Shown: positions 1 through 10,251, counted from the first letter of the stretch. The stretch: DNA of 64,000 nt from Bacillota bacterium (GCA_024636005.1 JAGXHV010000091.1:2133-66132), one strand, 5' to 3'. The notes: generated from the sequence alone by a model not told the origin. Translations and numbers: made by a program.

Positions 1-1345
1 GCAATGTGATCAAAGTTCGTTCAACGAAAATGATCAGTAAGTCTTTAAAATTCACAGGAATTTTCGAACGTAGGATTACCGCGCCTGTCTCTGTCAAATA
101 TATAAGTTGAGTAAATGAAAGCGCACCTATGATAAAGCGTGTAATCTCATATTCAGACCCTTTCACAAATATCGCTGGCAAGAACATATCCGCAAATCCT
201 ACTAAAGTCGCACTAGCGGCAAGTGTTGCATCTGGGACATTAAGCACAGTATAAACTGGAATCAAAGGTATTGAAACAATACTGAAAAATGATGTGTACT
301 CCGCAATAACCAAAGAGATTGTTCCTAAGAGCATAACGATTGGCATCAAACTGAAATAGACATCTGCTACTGTCCTTAGTCCAGAGAGTGCAAGTCCGGC
401 AGGTCCTGGAGCAGTTTTTGCCTTATTCACACCATTGGTTACCGCCCAGCTGTGAACCGTATTACCTTCTGGTACAACTTCATTAATTCTGACTTCGACG
501 CCTTCTTTATAAGACTCTTTTTTCTTATTCAATGGATAGATTCTTGGTAAAATAAGCGCCGCTACAAAAGAAGCTATACTTATGGCACCATAGAATGCCA
601 AGAAACTCACTGTGAGTTCGAGGAAATCGGCTATAAATACTGCAAATGGCAATGATACCAAAGAAAAACACACCGCGATGATTGAAGATTCTTTTTCTGT
701 GTAGTATCCTTCACGGTACTGTTTATCAGTAATAACGACTCCAACAGGACCTGATCCAATCCAAGATGCCACGGCATCAATAGCAGAGCGTCCAGGTACT
801 TTGAACAGTGGTCGCATAAATTTTCGAATCAACGTTCCAAGGTAATCCATAGATCCGAATTCCATCAATAGTGGTAGAAAGAATCCTGAGAAGAAAAACC
901 ATGTGGCTAAGACAGGAAACAGATCATTGAGAACAACGCCACCAGTATATGGATCAGAAATCATGGACAATCCAGGTCCAGTAATCCCATTTAAAACAAC
1001 GAATGCAAAAATACCAGAAAGTACACGAATCCCCACCATCGACATTTTTACAACAAACAGATCTTTTAAGAAATGTTGATCCATAACAAACTTTGGTTTA
1101 ATAAGTGTTGCTAAAACTGTCAAAACAGCACTCAACATTACCACATAAGCCATAAATGCCGGTAGAATATCACCGAAATTTGATCTGAATATAGTCGCAA
1201 AGTAACCAACACCTATTGTCCATTCAATTCCGCCCCAAGGCAACGGAATTACAAACAATAGCAAACCAATAATCGATGGTATGATGAACTTCATCATTTC
1301 TTTCGTACTGAACTTGTTTTTTCCATTCAAACTTATATTTTCCAT
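1..1345 (-). CDS. YjiH-family (nucleoside recognition GATE) membrane transporter; 3' end runs off the window
   Basis: Not in the ORF track. Hand translation from ATG at 1345 (GGGGG RBS) reads MENISLNGKNKFSTKEMMKFIIPSIIG... It is highly hydrophobic, with motifs MRPLFKVPGRSAIDAVASWIG, QYREGYYTEKE, GFADMFLP and TQLIYLTETG. The frame stays open to position 1. Confidence 0.85.
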   Translation of the reverse strand, partial: MENISLNGKNKFSTKEMMKFIIPSIIGLLLFVIPLPWGGIEWTIGVGYFATIFRSNFGDILPAFMAYVVMLSAVLTVLATLIKPKFVMDQHFLKDLFVVKMSMVGIRVLSGIFAFVVLNGITGPGLSMISDPYTGGVVLNDLFPVLATWFFFSGFFLPLLMEFGSMDYLGTLIRKFMRPLFKVPGRSAIDAVASWIGSGPVGVVITDKQYREGYYTEKESSIIAVCFSLVSLPFAVFIADFLELTVSFLAFYGAISIASFVAALILPRIYPLNKKKESYKEGVEVRINEVVPEGNTVHSWAVTNGVNKAKTAPGPAGLALSGLRTVADVYFSLMPIVMLLGTISLVIAEYTSFFSIVSIPLIPVYTVLNVPDATLAASATLVGFADMFLPAIFVKGSEYEITRFIIGALSFTQLIYLTETGAVILRSKIPVNFKDLLIIFVERTLITL

Positions 1346-1363
1346 ACGCACCCCCATATTATT

Positions 1364-1380
1364 TTGAAACACCGTTTCAA
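1364..1380. promoter_or_regulatory. Palindromic operator 1 (TTGAAAC-N3-GTTTCAA), probable IclR site
   Basis: Perfect inverted repeat between divergent genes; a second copy lies at 1426-1442. Confidence 0.7.
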
Positions 1381-1425
1381 CTTAAGTAAATTTTACAGCA
1401 CCACGATCAAATTTGCAAGCATTAT

Positions 1426-1442
1426 TTGAAACGTCGTTTCAA
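1426..1442. promoter_or_regulatory. Palindromic operator 2 (TTGAAAC-GTC-GTTTCAA), probable IclR site
   Basis: Same arms as 1364-1380; lies upstream of the iclR-family gene. Confidence 0.7.
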
Positions 1443-1521
1443 AATTTGTTTTTTATTATTTTCTGACTTTTAAACGCAACCATTTTATAGTATACTTCGA
1501 TTATATGAGGAGGCATGATAT

Positions 1522-2292
1522 ATGAGTAATGTGAACACCATGACTGAAAGAACACTTGAAATCATAGATTATCTTTATGAGGCAACAAAACCCGTTGGTG
1601 TCAGTAAGATTTCAGCTGATTTATCATTGCCAAAGGCAACTGTCTTTAGAATATTAGTGACGCTTGAACAATGGAATTTCGTGCGTAAAAATGAGGATAC
1701 AGATGACTATAAATTGGGGCTCGGACTGATAAAGTACGGTTCTAAAGTTGCTTCTCAAACAAATCTAGTGGACATTGCGAAGCCATTCATCAACACATTG
1801 TCAGTTCAACTTGGTGAAAGCGCCAATCTCAATATCGAATATCAGGGACAATCTCTCAATATTTACAAATCAGAGACTGACCACTCCATTTTGGTTTCGA
1901 AATTGACTCCAATCAGCGCTCTGAACTGTTCGGCCTCTGGCAAGATTTTTCTTTCAAACTGGGAACCCGAGACTTTAAAAAATTATTTCATACAAAAACA
2001 ATTTTCCGACCGGACAATGAATTCAATTACTGACTATGAAGATTTTATGAAAGAACTACAGTCCATCACTGAAAATGGAATTGCTTATGACAATGAAGAA
2101 TATGAATATGGTCTATTTTGCCTATCATCCCCTATCAGACATAAAGACTCAATTGTAGCGGCCATCAGTATTTCAGGTCCTAAAACCAGGCTGGAACACA
2201 AAGGGTTTGATATCATCACAAAAGAACTCAAAAAGGTTTGTGGTGAAATATCTGAAATGATTTCAGAACTGAATCTTGAAATTTTATTTTAA
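1522..2292 (+). CDS. IclR-family transcriptional regulator
   Basis: N-terminal HTH (GVSKISADLSLPKATVFRIL), C-terminal SASGK and DNEEYEYGL..AAISISGP motifs; GAGGAGG RBS. Confidence 0.95.
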   Translation: MSNVNTMTERTLEIIDYLYEATKPVGVSKISADLSLPKATVFRILVTLEQWNFVRKNEDTDDYKLGLGLIKYGSKVASQTNLVDIAKPFINTLSVQLGESANLNIEYQGQSLNIYKSETDHSILVSKLTPISALNCSASGKIFLSNWEPETLKNYFIQKQFSDRTMNSITDYEDFMKELQSITENGIAYDNEEYEYGLFCLSSPIRHKDSIVAAISISGPKTRLEHKGFDIITKELKKVCGEISEMISELNLEILF

Positions 2293-2301
2293 TATTAACT
2301 A

Positions 2302-2350
2302 CAAAAAGAACACAACTTGAATCAGCTTTGACTCAAGTTGTGTTTTTTGT
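2302..2350. terminator. Bidirectional intrinsic terminator
   Basis: AACACAACTTGA...TCAAGTTGTGTT stem with A/T tracts between convergent genes. Confidence 0.75.
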
Positions 2351-2358
2351 GTTCACTA

Positions 2359-2880
2359 TTATTCTGTTGAATGTGCAAGTCTACTGGCTGCCGCAGCGGC
2401 AACCGCTGCCACAAGATCATCTAGAAACGTATGACATGCGCCGCCTTTTTTCTCATCCAGTTCTTTGATGATACCGATTTTTTCCTTATCCAGATATCCG
2501 AAATTCGTCAGTCCAATGGAGCCGTAGACATTGACGATGGAAAGTGGTAGGATCTCATCGATACCATATAGGCCTTCATCCGCTTCCACAATGCTTTGAA
2601 GCGGTTCTGGTAAAAGCTTTTTCTCAGTCAACTCATCGATGGCGATTCCTGTCATGATCGCATGGATAATTTCCCTTTTGCTCAGTACGGCATGGATGTT
2701 TTCCATGCACAGTTCAAGTGTCAAATCAGGATAATATGGCTGCTGCAGTATTTGAACGATTTTCGCGATTTCTATCAGTTCAACACCTCTGCGGTTCAAC
2801 ATTTCTATGGTCATTTCTTTAAGCTCAGCCATATCATACTTGTGGCTGTATTTGTTGTTCTTCTTTTTTTCTGGATCCAT
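2359..2880 (-). CDS. Phosphatidylglycerophosphatase A family (YutG/PgpA-like) protein
   Basis: Motifs DEGLYGIDE, YGSIGLTNFGYLDK, TFLDD and AAAAASRLAH. Confidence 0.85.
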   Translation of the reverse strand: MDPEKKKNNKYSHKYDMAELKEMTIEMLNRRGVELIEIAKIVQILQQPYYPDLTLELCMENIHAVLSKREIIHAIMTGIAIDELTEKKLLPEPLQSIVEADEGLYGIDEILPLSIVNVYGSIGLTNFGYLDKEKIGIIKELDEKKGGACHTFLDDLVAAVAAAAASRLAHSTE

Positions 2881-2921
2881 TATGATTTCCTCCTAATTCA
2901 GCATTTAACTTCATAGGATAC

Positions 2922-3359
2922 TTACCCCTTTTTTCGGTTAATCATCACAATTATTCCTGCAATAAATGTAATCACACAGACAATCAAGTAAGGTACCATC
3001 ATATTCATGCCTCCCCAATTGGCTGTCGTTTGTACATAGCCCGCCGTGTTGAATCTCATAGCAATCGCACTCAGTCCATATGCAAGTGGTATAATCCCCA
3101 TGATGTGGAGTGATATATTTTTCGCTTTAAGTGCAATCAGTATGAAGGCTGCACCCGTCACCCAGTTTGATATCCCAAATGCGCCTAAAAGTCTCAGCTG
3201 CTCAGCAGCGGTTGATGTCGTTAAATCCAGACCGGCAATGTTCAGTGCCGAATATTCGAGCAATACCGTATGCATAAAGCCACGTACAAGGTCTATGCAT
3301 CCCAATCCAAAAAGGGCCGTCCATACGAATTTTGGAACTTGTGTTTTCATGTCATTCAT
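2922..3359 (-). CDS. Hypothetical membrane protein (~4 TM)
   Basis: 145-aa ORF with hydrophobic segments and a GAGG RBS. Confidence 0.7.
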   Translation of the reverse strand: MNDMKTQVPKFVWTALFGLGCIDLVRGFMHTVLLEYSALNIAGLDLTTSTAAEQLRLLGAFGISNWVTGAAFILIALKAKNISLHIMGIIPLAYGLSAIAMRFNTAGYVQTTANWGGMNMMVPYLIVCVITFIAGIIVMINRKKG

Positions 3360-3487
3360 GATTATTTCCTCTTTTCTTCTTGTTTTTCGATAATGACAAT
3401 GCGAGCATGATGATACTTCTAGCGTTCGTTTATTATTCTAAGTGCATCTGGGTTTCCACCGTTTGGGAACCTTTTTTACAAAATTCA

Positions 3488-3524
3488 AACCGCCATTTGG
3501 GTACCATGTACCCAAATGGCGGTT
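3488..3524. repeat. Perfect 17-bp inverted repeat downstream of the sanA-like gene (terminator or REP-like hairpin)
   Basis: AACCGCCATTTGGGTAC-CAT-GTACCCAAATGGCGGTT. Confidence 0.7.
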
Positions 3525-3530
3525 CATTAT

Positions 3531-4202
3531 TTAATCATAAATTGCATCGCCATCACCGGTGATGGGAATTGTATTGCCGAGAAATGTAGGGTCCGGTTTG
3601 AAGATCACCATGAAAAAGTCTTTGACCCTTGCAAGCACTTCTCTAATATCCCTTGATCTTTGCCCACCATATTGCTTTGGATTCGATGCGACACCTACGG
3701 CCTCGATTCCAAGTTTATTCGCAATATATAGCGATCTGTACAGATGATACTGCTGTGTGACAATGACCATTTTTTCCACTTCAAAGATGGCTCCCGCTCT
3801 GAACATACTGTTGTAAGTGTTAAAACCGGCATGGTCCTTGAAGATGTGTGCCGAAGGCACACCTTTACCTATTGCATAGTTCTTCATCACTGTGACTTCG
3901 TCGTAGTGATCCGTACTGTTGTCACCACTCACCAGGATTCTGTCAGAGACGCCCATCTCATAAAGCTCAATCCCTTGGAGTAAACGATCTGCGAGCATGA
4001 CGCTCGGAGTCCTGTTGGGATTGACTCCCGCACCGAGGACCATGATGGCGTCAGGATCAAAAGCAAGTGCGGCATCCGGTGCGACCATGAATTTCTCTGT
4101 TACTTTGATCATATAGATATTGATGGCAGCGGTGCCAATTGTGACTATAATTAATAGGATTACAAACACTTTTATTATGTTTTTCAGTACTTTTTTCATC
4201 AT
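3531..4202 (-). CDS. SanA/YdcF (ElyC, DUF218) family protein
   Basis: N-terminal TM, VLGAG, DRL, VSGDN..Y.EV..MK, DHAGFNTYNS, TQQYHLYR. Start chosen from RBS spacing (track start 4211). Confidence 0.9.
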   Translation of the reverse strand: MMKKVLKNIIKVFVILLIIVTIGTAAINIYMIKVTEKFMVAPDAALAFDPDAIMVLGAGVNPNRTPSVMLADRLLQGIELYEMGVSDRILVSGDNSTDHYDEVTVMKNYAIGKGVPSAHIFKDHAGFNTYNSMFRAGAIFEVEKMVIVTQQYHLYRSLYIANKLGIEAVGVASNPKQYGGQRSRDIREVLARVKDFFMVIFKPDPTFLGNTIPITGDGDAIYD

Positions 4203-4265
4203 TAGTCTCATACCTCGATTGTTTGCTACTCCTATTTTACCATGTAATCGAAAAGGTACAAGTTT

Positions 4266-4979
4266 TTATCCTGATTTCCTCATTCTGTTTAGAAATGCTT
4301 TTGTGCGCTCATGTTTCGGATTTTCAAAAATCTCTTCCGGGGCGCCATCTTCTACAATGACTCCTCCATCCAAAAATATGACTCTATCGGATACTTCCCT
4401 CGCAAATTCCATTTCATGGGTGGCAATCAACATAGTCATGCCCTCTTCGGCCAGGGCTTTCATGACTTCGAGCACTTCTCCAACGAGTTCGGGATCGAGG
4501 GAAGATGTTGGTTCGTCAAAGAGCATGATTTTGGGAGCCATGGCGAGCGCTCTGGCTATGGCGACCCGTTGTTGCTGGCCGCCAGAAAGCTGGTTCGGAT
4601 AAGCACTAGATTTTTGTTCGAGCCCTACTTTACGCAACAAATTTATTGCATTTTCTCTGAGTTCGTCTTTGGATTCACCTTTCACGACCATCGGTGCGAG
4701 CATGATGTTCTCGAGCACAGTGAGATGCGCAAAGAGATTGAACCTTTGAAACACCATTCCGATGTCTTTTGTCGTCTGATCATCAAGGCGTTTGCCGTCA
4801 ATGAGAATCGTTCCAGACGTCACGGATTCAAGAGTGTTCATACATCTGAGCAAAGTGCTTTTGCCTGAACCGCTGGAGCCGATGACACAGACCACTTCTC
4901 CCTTCTTGATCTTCAGATCAATGCCTTTAAGGACTTCAAGATTACCGAACTTTTTATGGACGTTGTTGATTGTGATCAC
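4266..4979 (-). CDS. Polar amino-acid ABC transporter ATP-binding subunit (cystine-type TcyC-like)
   Basis: Walker [33 protein letters not shown]. Confidence 0.95.
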   Translation of the reverse strand: MITINNVHKKFGNLEVLKGIDLKIKKGEVVCVIGSSGSGKSTLLRCMNTLESVTSGTILIDGKRLDDQTTKDIGMVFQRFNLFAHLTVLENIMLAPMVVKGESKDELRENAINLLRKVGLEQKSSAYPNQLSGGQQQRVAIARALAMAPKIMLFDEPTSSLDPELVGEVLEVMKALAEEGMTMLIATHEMEFAREVSDRVIFLDGGVIVEDGAPEEIFENPKHERTKAFLNRMRKSG

Positions 4980-4998
4980 TTTATTCCTCTCTTTCTCA

Positions 4999-5676
4999 TC
5001 ACGATGTGAGATGTCTGCTCGAGTAAACTTCCAGTTTGCCTTGCAAATGTGTAAGTACTGAACAGAATATCAGGTAGATGAATGCCGCTTCTGTGTAGAG
5101 TAACAAGGGTTCATAGGTGCGCGCTGTGATTTGCTGCGCCACCTGGAACATTTCCGTCACGGTGATTGCCGCGGCAAGTGATGTATCCTTGACGAGTCCG
5201 ACGAACGAGTTGGAAAGAGGTGGTATGGCGACTCTGAGGGCTTGGGGCAACACGACATATCTGAGCGCTTTTCCCCTTGTGAGCCCTAAGGCTTTAGAAG
5301 CCTCCCATTGTCCCCTATCGATGGACTGAATAGCGGCTCTTATGGTTTCTGAATTATAGGCACCCACATTGAGCGTAAAACCTATGACTGCAGATGGAAA
5401 TGCGCTGAGCGTCACACCAATCGCAGGCAATCCATAGAAAATGATGAACAGCTGTACAAGCAGCGGTGTCCCCCTGATCAACCAGACATAAAATCTTGCA
5501 ATGGACTGAAGTACCTTACTCGATGAAATTCTAGCAAGAGCCGTCAGAAATGCCAGCGTCAGTCCCAATGCGAATGAGATCAGTGCAAGTGGTACTGTAA
5601 ACAACAAACCGGCTTTCAGCAGCGGGATAAAAGAATCTGTCAAAATTCCAACAAGTCTCAGTATTTGATCATCCAT
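4999..5676 (-). CDS. Amino-acid ABC transporter permease (TcyB-like)
   Basis: [13 protein letters not shown]-loop [16 protein letters not shown]. Confidence 0.95.
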   Translation of the reverse strand: MDDQILRLVGILTDSFIPLLKAGLLFTVPLALISFALGLTLAFLTALARISSSKVLQSIARFYVWLIRGTPLLVQLFIIFYGLPAIGVTLSAFPSAVIGFTLNVGAYNSETIRAAIQSIDRGQWEASKALGLTRGKALRYVVLPQALRVAIPPLSNSFVGLVKDTSLAAAITVTEMFQVAQQITARTYEPLLLYTEAAFIYLIFCSVLTHLQGKLEVYSSRHLTS

Positions 5677-5694
5677 TAAATTTCTCCTCTACAA

Positions 5695-6495
5695 TTATTT
5701 TGAAACGTCGTCTCCGAACCATCTTTCGGAAATCTCGAGATATGTGCCATCGGCAATCATCTCTTCCATAGCTTTATTGACCGCTTCAACCAATTCTTCA
5801 TTGCCTTTGTTGAAAAGGAATGCGGCTTCACTGCTGGTCGCTTGTTCTGCCACAACTTTGATTTTGGCATCCGGTCTTTCTAATTTAAAATCCAAATACG
5901 ACAATCGATCATTGATTGTTGCATCGATTCTATCTGACAATATAAGGTCGATGGCTTGATTGAAACCGTCGATTTGTACAATCTCCGCGCCGTAAGACGT
6001 TGCGAGTTCAGCGAGGTTGCTCGTCAGAGACTGACCAGACTTTTTACCTTCGAGATCTTCAAATGCTTTTATGCTATCATTATCTTCATGAACCACCAGT
6101 ACTGCTCTTGTCTTGATATATGGTAATGAAAAATCATACTTCTCAGTTCGATCCGGTTTGATCGTCACTTGATTCGCCACGAGATCAAAACGCTTTGAAT
6201 CCAGTCCCGCGAACATGCCATCCCATTTTGTCTCAACAAATTCTACTGTAACACCAATCCTTTTTGCTACTTCTCTAGCCAGCTCCACGTCGAAACCAGT
6301 CAGTTCGTTTTGTTCGTTGTAAAATGTGAAAGGAGCGTAAGTGCCTTCTGTACCGATTCTAATCACTCCATTTTCCTTGATCACTTCCAGTGAAGATTTA
6401 GATGCTTCTTGACTGTCCTTACCACTTAAGAGACCAAATCCTGCCAATACCAAAACTGCTACTGCCACCAAACCCAAAACTATTTTTTTATTCAT
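5695..6495 (-). CDS. Amino-acid ABC transporter substrate-binding protein (TcyA/FliY-like, probably cystine)
   Basis: GTEGTYAPF, GFDVE, WDGMFAGLDSKRFD, GQSLTSN; adjacent to cymR. Confidence 0.9.
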   Translation of the reverse strand: MNKKIVLGLVAVAVLVLAGFGLLSGKDSQEASKSSLEVIKENGVIRIGTEGTYAPFTFYNEQNELTGFDVELAREVAKRIGVTVEFVETKWDGMFAGLDSKRFDLVANQVTIKPDRTEKYDFSLPYIKTRAVLVVHEDNDSIKAFEDLEGKKSGQSLTSNLAELATSYGAEIVQIDGFNQAIDLILSDRIDATINDRLSYLDFKLERPDAKIKVVAEQATSSEAAFLFNKGNEELVEAVNKAMEEMIADGTYLEISERWFGDDVSK

Positions 6496-6515
6496 TACTT
6501 TCCTCCAGTTTTTAT

Positions 6516-6572
6516 ATCCTACTAATCTTATAGGATTAATACGATTATAATGACCATTGGGTTGTCTGTCAA
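6516..6572 (-). promoter_or_regulatory. Consensus sigmaA promoter (TTGACA 6572-6567, N17, TATAAT 6549-6544) followed by palindrome ATCCTA-N9-TAGGAT (6516-6536), probable CymR operator
   Basis: Read directly from the sequence; related boxes at 6610-6630 and 7170-7190. Confidence 0.75.
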
Positions 6573-6704
6573 TAGAAAAACAGCAAATATATCGAAAAAT
6601 ATATAATTAAACCTATAAGTATAGTATGATTTATCACTTCCTCTATTTTGGGCAATAAAAAAAGCCCTGCAAGATCAATGTATATTTGACCATGCAAAAC
6701 TTCT

Positions 6705-7151
6705 TCATATGTAGAACATCAATGCTTTTTCTGCGTTCATTTTCTTAGCTTCATCTGCCAGTTCCTGAAGTGTGACCTCATCAATGATTGTGACTATGCT
6801 TTCATCGATTCTGTCCCAAAGCGACTCACGTATACACTGTTCAATCACTGTTGGCACAGTGCCAACGTCCTTTGATTTTCCTGCAATGGAAAGGTCGCCT
6901 TCCATCGCCCTGAGGATTGAACCCGCTGTGATCAATGATGGCTCTTTTGATAGTGTGTATCCTCCACCGGCACCTTTGACACTTTTGACGAGTCCAGATT
7001 TTCTCAGCGTTGAGAAAACTTGTTCCAAATATTGCACTGAGAGGCCCTCACGTTCTGCCACATGTGATAGTGCGACGTGTTCACCGCTGGAATTCATCGC
7101 AAGATCCACCATTGCCCTAAGACCGTATCTTCCTTTTGTCGACAGTTTCAT
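6705..7151 (-). CDS. cymR: Rrf2-family cysteine metabolism repressor
   Basis: MKLSTKGRYGLRAM, YLEQ, SVKGAGGGY; C-terminal MFYI as in the CymR CysK-binding tail; lacks the three IscR cysteines. GAGGTG RBS before ATG 7151. Confidence 0.8.
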   Translation of the reverse strand: MKLSTKGRYGLRAMVDLAMNSSGEHVALSHVAEREGLSVQYLEQVFSTLRKSGLVKSVKGAGGGYTLSKEPSLITAGSILRAMEGDLSIAGKSKDVGTVPTVIEQCIRESLWDRIDESIVTIIDEVTLQELADEAKKMNAEKALMFYI

Positions 7152-7222
7152 ATCCCACCTCAATAACTAATCCTATGTGTTTAATAAAAAGTCTATAGGA
7201 TATCCTTCTGGTTGTCAACACT

Positions 7223-7996
7223 CTACTCCCCCAAATTCTTAAGGATTCTATCCCCTATAGCAGCATATCCCTCCGAATTGGGATGTAGACCATCAGCGGA
7301 AATATAGGATTCAAGGTTCAGTTTAAACAGGTCGTAAGTTGGCGTGAAGAGTGTGCCTTCAAAGGATTCCAAAAGCTTTTGGGTCGCTTGGTTCCATTCG
7401 ATGAGATATCCGGATTGCTCACGATTTGAAGGACTGTAGTCAAGATTGTAAAGACCGATGAAGACCAACTGAGCACTTGCATTTTCGGCTCGGATGGTGC
7501 TAAGTATTTCACCTAGCTGTACGAGATATTTGTCTAGAGCATCCCTAAAGTATTGCGATTTTTGGTCACTCTCGATCCGCTCGATGGCTCTGATGTCATT
7601 GCCGCCTATTGAAATCATGATGAGGTTTGAGCCTCTTATTCCCTCTAGCGTTTGCGGGTCAGTGACTTGTGACAAAAGCGCCTGGGTCCTGAGCCCTTCC
7701 ACAGCGATGTTATAAAGTGTCACAGGCTCTTCCGCCACCGCTTCCAGTCCTTTAATCACATGTCCTGCAAAGCCTTCACCTGTAGGGTCGCCGGTCCCTC
7801 TGGCGAGGGAATCACCCATGACGAGTACCGCATCCACCACTTCAGGTTCGACTGGCGTTTCTATGATTGTTTGATTGGTTTCAGGCGCTTGATTGATTTC
7901 AATGCCGATTGAAACCGCCTGTCCGAAACCATAGGCGAAAAGAATGATGCCCAGTATAAAAACTGTGCTTACGGTATACCAAATCCATTTTTTCAT
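7223..7996 (-). CDS. Membrane-anchored SGNH/GDSL hydrolase
   Basis: GDSL, SIGGND and DGLHP blocks; N-terminal TM; GGAGG RBS before ATG 7996. Confidence 0.9.
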   Translation of the reverse strand: MKKWIWYTVSTVFILGIILFAYGFGQAVSIGIEINQAPETNQTIIETPVEPEVVDAVLVMGDSLARGTGDPTGEGFAGHVIKGLEAVAEEPVTLYNIAVEGLRTQALLSQVTDPQTLEGIRGSNLIMISIGGNDIRAIERIESDQKSQYFRDALDKYLVQLGEILSTIRAENASAQLVFIGLYNLDYSPSNREQSGYLIEWNQATQKLLESFEGTLFTPTYDLFKLNLESYISADGLHPNSEGYAAIGDRILKNLGE

Positions 7997-8009
7997 CGTC
8001 CGCATCCTC

Positions 8010-9014
8010 CTATGCCAAAATATCTTTTTGGGTGAATACCAAAAATGCAATGCTTATAGCACCAAGTGCCCACCCTAGTAAAACCAAAGTAGAAAAAGTC
8101 ATGCTGAGTCCTTCTATGATTTGAAAACTACCAGAAATGTATGATGTCAAATTGAGATTGACGGTAAACAGATAGCGTGTCACCTTCCAGTCTGAAATGA
8201 AAAGACTAAGAAAACTGCCCCCAATTAGTGTGGACATCATGATTCCTATGGACGCTGAAGTGCTTCTCACGATCACTGAGACCATCAAGGATAGCGCACC
8301 TATGACAAAAGCCACGAAATAACCGATGGCATAGGTCATCATCAAATATTGCCATTGAGGAATCGTGCGTACAGCTGATGTGTCCAGTTGGCTTTCAACG
8401 ACCCTGAATCCTGTGATTACAGGCTCATTGAATCCTGAATAACCAAACACTAGCATTGCGATGACATAAGAAAAAAGTGCCATCATGAAAATGACGAACA
8501 TTTCAAGCATGGAAAGTGCGAGCAATTTAGCCAGAAGTATTCTCCAGCGCTTTACAGGTCTTGTGAGTATGAGTTTGATTGTCCCCGTATTCACTTCGCC
8601 GGACACCATGTCTCCCGCGAGCAATATGATCAAAAGTGGTAAAAATAGAAATATGGATTGTTCCATGAGCTGACCCATGAAGCGGGCCGCACTGGAACCG
8701 ATCGGACTCACATCATTATCGAGATAGAACCTGAGTTGTTCGGCGCGCACACGTATAGAGGCTTTGCCCTCCTCTGGAATGTATGGGTTGTCGAGCCTTC
8801 TCTCAAGATCAAGGAGCTGCTGACCGATGATGTTTTTCCAGTCCTCTGCATTTTCGATGCCCAGTTGTTCAGACACACGATCCTGTGTTCTTGTGAGCGT
8901 ATAATGTTCACCATAGGCAAATAGCGCGATGAGCACCAAAAGAATCCCCGCGATGACATGAATTCTTTTTTTGTAGAATGTTTTCATGATTTCGTTTTCG
9001 ATGAGCTTAACCAA
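8010..9014 (-). CDS. ABC-2 type exporter permease
   Basis: VSGEVNTGTIKLILTRP..R..ILLAK motif with multiple TMs; TTG start at 9014 after GGAGGTG, overlapping the ATPase stop. Confidence 0.9.
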   Translation of the reverse strand: MVKLIENEIMKTFYKKRIHVIAGILLVLIALFAYGEHYTLTRTQDRVSEQLGIENAEDWKNIIGQQLLDLERRLDNPYIPEEGKASIRVRAEQLRFYLDNDVSPIGSSAARFMGQLMEQSIFLFLPLLIILLAGDMVSGEVNTGTIKLILTRPVKRWRILLAKLLALSMLEMFVIFMMALFSYVIAMLVFGYSGFNEPVITGFRVVESQLDTSAVRTIPQWQYLMMTYAIGYFVAFVIGALSLMVSVIVRSTSASIGIMMSTLIGGSFLSLFISDWKVTRYLFTVNLNLTSYISGSFQIIEGLSMTFSTLVLLGWALGAISIAFLVFTQKDILA

Positions 9015-9918
9015 TGGTCTCACCTCCTGTAAGTTCCATAAAGAGGTCCTCCAGTGATTTTTGCTTTTTAAACACATATTTTAGTCCGATATCTGAAGAC
9101 ATCATGGCACTGTTGATGGCTGTAAGCCTGAAATCGTCCGTGAAAGCGCTGAGGGTTTCCTCAGTTTCTTTTACGGCTTCAATCCCGAAATCATCTAAGA
9201 GCAATTTCATAGCTTTTTGTACGTTGGTGACTTGCCAAGTGATTTTTTGGTCAATGGTCAGATCAATCACTTTGGACGTCTTTATAATTTTGCCATGTAG
9301 GATGATGGCGACTTCATCACATATCATCTGAATTTCTGAAAGCAGGTGGCTAGATACAAAAATAGTCATACCTTGATCTTTTGAAAGTGATTTGACGAGA
9401 CTTCTGAATTCTTTGATGCCGGCTGGGTCCAGTCCATTGGTGGGCTCGTCGAGGATGAGCAGCTCTGGTCCTTTCATGAGTGCTTGTGCAATGCCGAGTC
9501 GCTGCTTCATGCCGAGTGAATATGTACCGACTTTGTCATTGATCCGAAGCGTGAGACCAACGAGTTCCACAACGTCTTCAATGCGCGACTGCGGTATATC
9601 AGGTTCCATTTTACGCAGAAGCTCCAAGTTGTCACGCCCTGTGAGGTATTCGTAAAGCTCGGGATTTTCAATAATGCAGCCGACGTTTGACATGGCACGC
9701 ACGAAGTCTTTTCTAGTGTTTACTCCACAGATTTCGATGCTGCCTGATGAGGGTCTGATGAGTCCCACAATCATGCGGAGCGTCATGGTTTTTCCTGCAC
9801 CATTGGGCCCGAGAAAACCATAGATTTGTCCTCTTTTGACCTCAAACGAGATGTTTTTTATGATGGGTCTTCCTTTTATATTTTTAGAAACATTTTTCAG
9901 TGATAATACGGTTTCCAT
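9007..9918 (-). CDS. ABC exporter ATP-binding protein (BcrA-like)
   Basis: GPNGAGKT, YSLGMKQRLGIA, LDEPTNGLDP. Confidence 0.95.
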   Translation of the reverse strand: METVLSLKNVSKNIKGRPIIKNISFEVKRGQIYGFLGPNGAGKTMTLRMIVGLIRPSSGSIEICGVNTRKDFVRAMSNVGCIIENPELYEYLTGRDNLELLRKMEPDIPQSRIEDVVELVGLTLRINDKVGTYSLGMKQRLGIAQALMKGPELLILDEPTNGLDPAGIKEFRSLVKSLSKDQGMTIFVSSHLLSEIQMICDEVAIILHGKIIKTSKVIDLTIDQKITWQVTNVQKAMKLLLDDFGIEAVKETEETLSAFTDDFRLTAINSAMMSSDIGLKYVFKKQKSLEDLFMELTGGETIG

Positions 9919-10056
9919 AGCGATGTCCTTTCAGAATTGATTTATACCGTTATTATACCCATCTGATCTCTTAATGATTATTAAATCCCTAAATTGGGTA
10001 AAATATAAATATAGCTTTTCATTATTAATCAAACTTAGATTAGAAAGGAGGGTATT

Positions 10057-10251
10057 ATGAAAATCACAAAAACGTCTGGCGTTAAAACTATTACTCAAAG
10101 TTATCCTGATTCAATGGATGTCTTTTCAAGATATGGTGTGACAATTGATGGCGAAAATGATGAAGTGGACCAAACTCTGGAACAATTATGTCTCAAGCAC
10201 GCTTTGGATTATGAAGAGGTTGTCACTGAGCTGTATAAAACTGTAGAATAA
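10057..10251 (+). CDS. Small protein resembling ScdA/RIC N-terminal (DUF542-like) domain
   Basis: AAAGGAGG RBS, YP...VF.RYG and TLEQLC..H.LD pattern; followed by a terminator. Confidence 0.6.
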   Translation: MKITKTSGVKTITQSYPDSMDVFSRYGVTIDGENDEVDQTLEQLCLKHALDYEEVVTELYKTVE

